From positions 22,473 through 86,472 of the forward strand of contig JBEKII010000001.1 in NCBI GenBank assembly GCA_050011835.1: a DNA stretch of 64,000 nt. The letters are read 5' to 3'. Position 1 is the first letter of the stretch. Each line of letters starts with the position of its first letter. This document shows positions 57,378-64,000 of the stretch, one piece after another. This DNA comes from Minisyncoccia bacterium (lineage in GTDB: Bacteria; Patescibacteriota; Minisyncoccia; Phycocordibacterales; Phycocordibacteraceae). Below the pieces are notes generated by a model. It saw only the letters and a program-made list of their open reading frames with translations. It was not told where the DNA came from and did not search any database. The position numbers were made by a program, and so were the translations under genes.

Positions 57378-58441
57378 GATGTACGAGCGAGGAGTGCGAT
57401 AGCGAGACCGACGACGCCCGCGATGATGGTGATAACCCAATATCGCATAGTAATTTTCGCCGCTGGCCAGCCAATTGCCTCAAAATGATGGTGAACGGGC
57501 GCAACGCGGAATATTTTTTTATGAAAAACTTTTTTCCAAAACACTTGGAGCAGTGTTGTCACAACAGTTGCGGTGAGGGGAAGCGCAACGAGCGGAAGTA
57601 TGAAAACGCCGACTCCGCCCGCAAGAGTGTCGGAAGCGAAAGCGGTCATCGCGAGCGCGAGCGTGAGGGCCATGCTGCCGGTTTCTGACATGTAAAATCG
57701 CGCGGGAGGAATGTTGAACCAGAGGAACGCAAGCGTCGCACTGGCGATAACGGCGGCGCATGCCGCGAGTGATATTTGCCCTTCGCCAAAGGCGATGCCG
57801 GCGTATATCATGAAAATAATTGCGAAAACGCCGCCGGCAAGCCCGTCAAGCCCGTCAATGGTGCCGCCTGCATAAATGGCGAGCGTTACCAGCGCGAAAA
57901 ACGGGATAACGAGCCAACCGAGAAAGAGAGGAGCCGCGAAAGGAATACCGATCGCAGTAACTCCGAGCTTGCTGTAGAACCACCAGCCGCTGATGAGCCC
58001 AATGACGCCGACAATAGAGAGTCGTCGCGAGAGTGAAAGGCCGCCCTTCCCTTTTGTTATTTCAAGAAAGTCGTCAATGAGTCCCGCAATGGCACCCGCC
58101 ACAAGCGCAAAAATCGGTAGCCATGTTTCGCGCCGATTCACAAAATCCAACATCGGCCAAAACGTACCAAGCAAACGCGCAAAAAGCCAGAAAAGAAATG
58201 CAGTTGCAAGTACTGAAGACCAGATGAGAATGCCTCCCATGCGCGGCGTCGAAATTTCGCGTTCTTTATGAAGCTCATCAAAGATTGGCGTGTTGCCGCC
58301 TCCTATACCCGCACCCTTTCCGGCACTTTTTTTCCATGCTTTTGCGCGATACAAAATTCCCGCAAGGAAGGGCGCGAAGACAATACCGAGCGCGAAAGAG
58401 GTCGCCGAAGGAATGAGGACCCGCGCGGCGGTGCTAATCAT
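57374..58441 (-). CDS. mraY: Phospho-MurNAc-pentapeptide transferase
   Basis: TPRMGG, DD, DGLDGL, APVHHHFE. Confidence 0.93.
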   Translation of the reverse strand: MISTAARVLIPSATSFALGIVFAPFLAGILYRAKAWKKSAGKGAGIGGGNTPIFDELHKEREISTPRMGGILIWSSVLATAFLFWLFARLLGTFWPMLDFVNRRETWLPIFALVAGAIAGLIDDFLEITKGKGGLSLSRRLSIVGVIGLISGWWFYSKLGVTAIGIPFAAPLFLGWLVIPFFALVTLAIYAGGTIDGLDGLAGGVFAIIFMIYAGIAFGEGQISLAACAAVIASATLAFLWFNIPPARFYMSETGSMALTLALAMTAFASDTLAGGVGVFILPLVALPLTATVVTTLLQVFWKKVFHKKIFRVAPVHHHFEAIGWPAAKITMRYWVITIIAGVVGLAIALLARTS

Positions 58442-59397
58442 AAGGAAGCGACACCCGCGAAGTGCGCAAGTGTGGCGGCGACGAGAGCAGAACCATCGGT
58501 AAAGCGAGCTTTTTGCGAAGAGCCGAGGACAACGACAGCGATTGGATGTCCCATGCCGCTGTCAAAAACAAATGCGAGATTGCCGCCCGCAAGATCGGTA
58601 TAACCGGTCTTGGAGAGGAGAAGGCGTGGAATAGAGGCAATCATCGGGTCTGTGTTTGTAACGTGGAAGGACGTGCCGCCTTCTGAAACGGCTTGAGCAG
58701 AACTCTTCGTCGTTGCTTCTGCAATAGTCGGCGCTTGCGCAACTAAAGCGCCGGCCAGGACAGCGAGGTCGCGTGCGGAGCCATATCCACCAGAAATCGC
58801 CGCATTCACATCAAGGCCGCTTCCATTGATTGCGTAGGTTTGCGAAAGACCCAGTGCGGCCGCTGCGCCGGCAAGCATATCGCTTTGGGAACGATTCTCG
58901 CGCAGAGCAGTCGCTTCGGCTATCGCAGCAGCGCCATCGTTTAAAGATGCGGTGAGAGTAAGGCGAGCGAGGTCGGCAAGTGTGAATGTTTGTCCTGGAG
59001 AAAAAGCGCGCGGCGCGTCAAGACGAGTGACATCAACGGGAATGGTGATTGGCGTGTTCGGCGAAAGCTCACCAAGCGCCGCGTAGACGGTCAAAAGTTT
59101 CGTGAGCGATGCGAGCGGAAGTTGGGCATCGGCATTTTTTGCATAAAGTGTTTTTCCCATCGCAACGTCATAGACGATCGCCGCTTTCGCTTCAAGCGGG
59201 ATATGCGCGAATGCGTCGGGTACAGTTGATGTTGCAACAGTAATAATCGACGTCATTGACACTTTCTGAAATAGCGGCGGTATAAAGAGGAAGAGCGCAA
59301 GAACACACGACGCGAGGATAAGCGCAATACCGATTTCGCGTTGCGAGCGACTATCACGGGTCAATTTTTGTAGTTCGTCAATATCCATATCACCCAT
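58438..59397 (-). CDS. D-Ala-D-Ala carboxypeptidase (S11)
   Basis: ASLTKL, SLN, KTGYT; start at 59397 or 59388. Confidence 0.88.
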   Translation of the reverse strand: MGDMDIDELQKLTRDSRSQREIGIALILASCVLALFLFIPPLFQKVSMTSIITVATSTVPDAFAHIPLEAKAAIVYDVAMGKTLYAKNADAQLPLASLTKLLTVYAALGELSPNTPITIPVDVTRLDAPRAFSPGQTFTLADLARLTLTASLNDGAAAIAEATALRENRSQSDMLAGAAAALGLSQTYAINGSGLDVNAAISGGYGSARDLAVLAGALVAQAPTIAEATTKSSAQAVSEGGTSFHVTNTDPMIASIPRLLLSKTGYTDLAGGNLAFVFDSGMGHPIAVVVLGSSQKARFTDGSALVAATLAHFAGVASL

Positions 59398-59956
59398 CTG
59401 CTTCTTCTTTAATAACTGCACGCGTTCCGGCCGCAAGTTCGCTGAAGCGCGGGAGATTTTCAACACGTGCGAGACCTAGGTGCGCGAGCGCCTCGGTTGT
59501 CATAGTATATCGCACTCGTCGTTTATCGCTCTCGTCCGTCTTTCCTTCAATGAGACCTCGTATGAGAAGTGTGCGAAGCGACGTTGAAGAATTAACACCA
59601 CGTACCCAATCTATCTCACCTCGGGTTGCTCCCTGGCCGGGCAGGCCTGTGTGGTATGCAATAACGGCAAGTGTCTCCAAGCTCGCTCTTCCAAGGTCGT
59701 GTGTAAGCTCGCTTTCAAAAAACTTTTTTACGACTGCAGACGCTTCAGGAGCCGTGCGCAATTCTACTTCGGTGGCGGTTTCAATAAGCGCGAGTCCGCT
59801 TTTCTCCAGCGAGTTAGAAAGTGCCCGGAACACTATCTTCAGTTCCGTTTCCTTGATGTTGAGGAATGTCGCGAGCCGTTTCTTTTCAATAGGTTCACCG
59901 GATGCAAAAAGGAGCGCTTCCACGGCCGCAGGAGGAGTGAGCATTCCATCCATCAT
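59390..59956 (-). CDS. scpB: SMC-Scp complex subunit ScpB
   Basis: EALLFASGEP, LETLAVIAY, RGVNS. Confidence 0.92.
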   Translation of the reverse strand: MMDGMLTPPAAVEALLFASGEPIEKKRLATFLNIKETELKIVFRALSNSLEKSGLALIETATEVELRTAPEASAVVKKFFESELTHDLGRASLETLAVIAYHTGLPGQGATRGEIDWVRGVNSSTSLRTLLIRGLIEGKTDESDKRRVRYTMTTEALAHLGLARVENLPRFSELAAGTRAVIKEEADG

Positions 59957-59999
59957 AACTGCGGTCTCCCTCCTCAGCAATGTTTATGGCTGGGGATGC

Positions 60000-60743
60000 T
60001 TACCCGTACCGCGGGACGGCGGAAGCGGCGGTGTGGCTGATGCGAATATCGCCATACGTGTCATATTGTTCGGCGGCGACAGCGCCTTGTTTCACGAGCT
60101 CAAGAAGCGCGAGAAAAGAGATAATAACTTCCACTTTTTCTTTCGCATTTTTAGAAAAATCATTGAATGAAAGTGTTAACGCACTTTGCACGCGCTTCGC
60201 GAGACGGTCCATCATTTCTTCAATAGTAATAAGCGGTTTTATGTTTGCCGTCGGGAGCTTTTCGATTGTTTCGTGCGCGGTGAGAACTCGCGCGAGCGCT
60301 TCAGCGAGCGCAGGTGCTGAAAGGTCTCGTGAAGGCGCGAATGAAGGTTCCAAAGGGCGCTCTCCTGCCGGTAACATCATTGTCTTTCCGAAAATTCGTG
60401 CGAGTTCGCGCGTCGCTTCACGCACCTTTTCATATGCCGCGAGCCGGAGTTTAAGGTCTTCAACATCCGCGTTTTCTTCTTCCGAGAGCGTGAGGTCTGG
60501 AATGAGGGATTTTGATTTTATGAGAAGCAGTGTCGCGGCGATTTGTATGAAATTCGTGGTTTCTTCAACTGGAAATATTTCTTGTTCTCGCACATGCTGG
60601 ATAAAATCTTCGGTGATAGACGCGAGGGCAAGGTCATTAACAAGAAGCTTTCGCGCCTCTATAAGGTCAAGGACAAGGTCGAATGGCCCTTGGTAGGACT
60701 TTGTCTGAATAATAAAATTAGTTTTCGGAAACGTCGTCTGCAT
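60000..60743 (-). CDS. scpA: Segregation and condensation protein A
   Basis: GPFDLVLDLI, FLALLELVK. Confidence 0.92.
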   Translation of the reverse strand: MQTTFPKTNFIIQTKSYQGPFDLVLDLIEARKLLVNDLALASITEDFIQHVREQEIFPVEETTNFIQIAATLLLIKSKSLIPDLTLSEEENADVEDLKLRLAAYEKVREATRELARIFGKTMMLPAGERPLEPSFAPSRDLSAPALAEALARVLTAHETIEKLPTANIKPLITIEEMMDRLAKRVQSALTLSFNDFSKNAKEKVEVIISFLALLELVKQGAVAAEQYDTYGDIRISHTAASAVPRYG

Positions 60744-62121
60744 TGATAGAGAGGTGAAGTTCTTCAAGCTGTTTTTTTGAAAGAGGTTTCGGCGCTTTCA
60801 TCACTGCGGTCTGGCCGCCGCGCGTCATCGGGAATGCCTGTACCTCACGAAGCATGGTCTCGCCGGTAAGATTCATAATGTTGCGCTCGATGCCGAGCGC
60901 GATGCCGCCGTGCGGCGGCGTGCCGAAGCGGAATGCGCGGAGCATATGCCCGACGCGCTCCTCAAGCTCCTCGTTTGAAAATCCCATGATTTTATAGACC
61001 GCTTCAAGAATCTCCGGCTTGTGCGCGCGGATAGAGCCGCCGCCCGACTCGTAACCGTTACAGACAAGGTCGTATTGCGTCGTGAGAATGTCGGAAATAT
61101 GCTCGCCCTTCAAAAGCCAGTCGCTATGTTCCGGAATCGGCATCGAGAACGGATTATGCGTGAAAGTCCAACCACCCTCGTCGGTCTTCTCAAAGAATGG
61201 AAAGTTTATGACCCATGCGTAGGCGAGAATGCCTTTCTCTTTTTCCTCCGGCATACGCATATCAAACTTATCGGCACCATATTTCCCCATCGCATCGGTA
61301 TATGAGATGCGCGGAAACGGTTTTTGCTTGATAGTGTATCCCATCGCCTCCACGACGGTTGTCATCATTTCTTCAATGGCGCCCATCACGTTTTCCCTCG
61401 TGACGAACGACATCTCCACGTCCAATTGCGTATGTTCAAAGCCACGGTCGGCGCGAAGGTCTTCATCGCGTATCGCGCGCGCGATCTGGAAGTAGCGCTC
61501 GAAGCCGGCGGTCATGAGAAGTTGCTTATATTGCTGGGGCGACTGCGGTAGCGCGTAGAATTTCCCGGGATGCAGGCGGGAAGGCACGACGAAATCGCGT
61601 GAGCCCTCGGGAGTTGATTCGGTAAGCAGAGGCGTTTCAATTTCTATAAATTCTTTTGAAAATAAATATTCACGGCATCGGCGGATAAATTCGCTCCGCA
61701 GGTGCATGTTTTTTTGCATCCGTTTGGAGCGCAGGTCGAGGTAGCGATATTCGGCGCGGACGCTTTCATCAATGCCGCTGGTGTCTCCCGATATATCAAA
61801 CGGCATCGCATTTGACGGATTTAGAATTTCAATGGTTTTTATTTCAAGTTCTATGTCACCATTCTGCCGGTCGGCTTGAGCGTTTTTCTCCGGCCGTTTA
61901 TTCACCATGCCCTCAACGCGAACGACGTATTCATTGCGAATGTCCTTCGCAATTTCCATTGCAGGACTCTCCGGAAGAACGACACCTTGAACAAGGCCGG
62001 TACGGTCGCGAAAATCAAAAAAAACCATTTTCCCTTGGTCGCGGCGGACATCCACCCAACCGGAAATAGAAACGATCTCACCGATATGATTTTTTAAGTC
62101 CTCAATAAGCGTTCGTTCCAT
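60718..62121 (-). CDS. aspS: Aspartate--tRNA ligase, short form
   Basis: RYLDLR, YALPQSPQQYKQ, RDEDLRADR, PPHGGIALG; 467 aa. Confidence 0.95.
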   Translation of the reverse strand: MERTLIEDLKNHIGEIVSISGWVDVRRDQGKMVFFDFRDRTGLVQGVVLPESPAMEIAKDIRNEYVVRVEGMVNKRPEKNAQADRQNGDIELEIKTIEILNPSNAMPFDISGDTSGIDESVRAEYRYLDLRSKRMQKNMHLRSEFIRRCREYLFSKEFIEIETPLLTESTPEGSRDFVVPSRLHPGKFYALPQSPQQYKQLLMTAGFERYFQIARAIRDEDLRADRGFEHTQLDVEMSFVTRENVMGAIEEMMTTVVEAMGYTIKQKPFPRISYTDAMGKYGADKFDMRMPEEKEKGILAYAWVINFPFFEKTDEGGWTFTHNPFSMPIPEHSDWLLKGEHISDILTTQYDLVCNGYESGGGSIRAHKPEILEAVYKIMGFSNEELEERVGHMLRAFRFGTPPHGGIALGIERNIMNLTGETMLREVQAFPMTRGGQTAVMKAPKPLSKKQLEELHLSINADDVSEN

Positions 62122-62173
62122 TGATAATACGATAGCATAAAAGCCGCGTATGCGTATATGTCCTATAAAAACA

Positions 62174-62196
62174 AAGAGCCCGTCGAGCGGGCTCTT
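62174..62196. terminator. Terminator hairpin
   Basis: aagagcccg/cgggctctt. Confidence 0.6.
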
Positions 62197-62217
62197 CTGC
62201 GCGGGGCGAATTTATTC

Positions 62218-62448
62218 TCACCATGAAAATAATTGGTCAGACCACATCTCCAACGCGAAAATGAACAGGCCAATTTGGAGGAGCATAGTGACAAAAGCAG
62301 TAATGCCTTGCATTTGGTCACTATAGCCAAGCCGCGCAACTACGGCAGCCGCTATTACGAAAAGACAGCAGAAGAGCAAGAGACCGACGATTCCCAGTAT
62401 TACGTACAAAGCTCCACGGAGTGCTTTAGCAATCTTCTTTTTCTTCAT
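62218..62448 (-). CDS. Small membrane protein
   Basis: Two TM segments, basic N-terminus. Confidence 0.55.
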   Translation of the reverse strand: MKKKKIAKALRGALYVILGIVGLLLFCCLFVIAAAVVARLGYSDQMQGITAFVTMLLQIGLFIFALEMWSDQLFSW

Positions 62449-62549
62449 TGATTTTTCCTTTCTCCCATTTTAGGCATGGATGCCGGCTCAAGGTTCATTT
62501 CTGATGATTAATTTAGCATACAATGGTCGCTTAGGCAACTCCCGTAATG

Positions 62550-63471
62550 GTTCAATACCTTCGCAACACCCGGGCATTAAAGTTGCGAACATGTATACAC
62601 ACAATCCGAATCTCCCGAAAGTCCGTATGGAAGCGGTGCGACTCGTTAAATATCGCCTGTGGAGTATGCAGAAAGTGGCTCGATACATTGGTGTTGAGCC
62701 GAGTACCGTTTCCCGCTGGTGTCGAAGTCCGTGGGGCACCGGATGGATGCCGATACCGACGAAATCGTCGAGGCCGAGAGTGAGTCCGAAGGCTCTGGCA
62801 ACGGATACTGTTGAAGCCATCATTCGTGAACGCGTCGGCAAACGAAGATGTGCGGAGCATGTGTATCATGCGCTCAAACGAAAAGGAGTTGCCGTTTCGC
62901 TTTCTTCAGTGAAGCGAACGCTTGACCGCTGTCATCTGCGAAAGAAACGGAGTCCCTGGAAGCGGCCGCATGACTATACCGAACGGCCAGAGGCCGCATT
63001 CTGTGGCGCATTGCTTGAATTGGACACCATCCACATCATGGCGCCCGATGGGTCTCGCATTTATGTGTACACCATCATCGATCTTTTCAGCCGATGGGCG
63101 TATGCGGAAGTGGCGAAGAGAATCGGTGCGGCACACTCGTTTTCTTTCATCAAACGTGCGGTGAGGAATTCTTCTTTCCGTTTCTGCATGGTGCAGACAG
63201 ACCACGGTTCTGAATTCCAAAAAATGTTTCGTTTCAGATTGGCGAAAATGAACATTGTGCATCGGTATTGCCGCGTTCGGCAGAAAGACGATCAGGCGCA
63301 TATTGAACGCTTCAACCGGACCATTCAAGAAGAGTGTTTTGACCGTACGGTGCACACCATTGGAGACTTCAAAAGTGCATTAAAAGAATATCTGCCGTGG
63401 TACAACGGCGAGCGCACGCACATCGGTCTTAATTATCAAACGCCGCTCGAAGTGTTGCGAAGGTATTGAAC
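62550..63471. mobile_element. IS481-like insertion sequence with 20-bp perfect inverted repeats
   Basis: gttcaataccttcgcaacac (62550-62569) / gtgttgcgaaggtattgaac (63452-63471). Confidence 0.85.
62591..63469 (+). CDS. IS481-like DDE transposase (HTH + rve core)
   Basis: ELDT, QTDHGSEF, IERFNRT, YNGERTH. Confidence 0.9.
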   Translation: MYTHNPNLPKVRMEAVRLVKYRLWSMQKVARYIGVEPSTVSRWCRSPWGTGWMPIPTKSSRPRVSPKALATDTVEAIIRERVGKRRCAEHVYHALKRKGVAVSLSSVKRTLDRCHLRKKRSPWKRPHDYTERPEAAFCGALLELDTIHIMAPDGSRIYVYTIIDLFSRWAYAEVAKRIGAAHSFSFIKRAVRNSSFRFCMVQTDHGSEFQKMFRFRLAKMNIVHRYCRVRQKDDQAHIERFNRTIQEECFDRTVHTIGDFKSALKEYLPWYNGERTHIGLNYQTPLEVLRRY

Positions 63472-64000
63472 TTAATTAGCTCCAATCACTTGGCGCACCC
63501 GCTCCATTTTCGCCTCGCTCACCGCGCGCGCTTCGCGCTTCCCTTTTGTAAGAACTTCGTCCACGATATCAGAATTATTTTTTAACTCTTCATATTTCGC
63601 CCGCAAAGGCGCGAGATAGCGATCGAGATCCTGGATGAGTGTTTCTTTCAGCGCTTTATAGTTGCCCTTGTGCTGATCGTACACTGCAGCGAGTTCCGAT
63701 TCGGCTCGCACGAGCTTATGGATCGCGTATACATTTTCAGGCCGTTCGCCCAATGAATCGGTAACGATGCCCATTACCGCTCTCGCGAGCTCGTCGTGCG
63801 ATGCAAAAAGCGGAATGACATTGTCGTAACTTTTGCTCATTTTCCGGCCATCGGTACCAGGGACAATAGCCACGTTAGGTAAAATATATTGTTCCGGAAG
63901 TTTAAATAAATCTGTTTTAAAAACATAGTTGAATTTCTCGGCCGTATCGCGCGCATATTCAATATGTTGTTTTTGGTCCTGCCCGACCGGCACGATCGCG
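63472..64000 (-). CDS. trpS: Tryptophan--tRNA ligase (3' part)
   Basis: VPVGQDQKQHIE, GRKMSKSY. Confidence 0.95.
   Translation of the reverse strand, partial: AIVPVGQDQKQHIEYARDTAEKFNYVFKTDLFKLPEQYILPNVAIVPGTDGRKMSKSYDNVIPLFASHDELARAVMGIVTDSLGERPENVYAIHKLVRAESELAAVYDQHKGNYKALKETLIQDLDRYLAPLRAKYEELKNNSDIVDEVLTKGKREARAVSEAKMERVRQVIGAN

Noticed and set aside
1-64000. CRISPR array, cas genes, rRNA
   Set aside because: No regularly spaced repeats or recognisable sequences
1-64000. Alternative genetic code (TGA=Gly)
   Set aside because: Conserved genes such as mraZ, mraY and murG end at TGA at the expected length

Overview
Chromosomal window from a small-genome Patescibacteria (CPR; Parcubacteria-like) bacterium using standard code 11. 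The assignment rests on leaderless core genes, a class I LysRS, a short AspRS and a reduced HolB. Positions 1-~9220 are the right part of an AT-richer integrative element inserted at the 3' end of a tRNA-Asn gene. It carries a partial type III-like DNA methyltransferase, a 720-aa reverse transcriptase (RT core, alpha-helical region, putative winged-helix tail), small conserved proteins, a primase/P-loop replication protein and a large serine recombinase. Main finding: two ~145-nt non-coding RNAs in this element share the same fold and short sequence motifs. One is at 650-507 on the minus strand (divergent from the RT, in front of the methylase); the other is at 7463-7610 on the plus strand (in front of the recombinase). 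The rest is core genome (mre/dcw peptidoglycan genes, aminoacyl-tRNA synthetases, ribosomal, replication and repair genes) with small accessory islets, a nuclease cassette flanked by dif-like sites near a gene-strand switch, two frameshifted genes and an IS481-like element. No CRISPR array or rRNA was seen. All base pairings were derived by eye; no folding program or database search was run.
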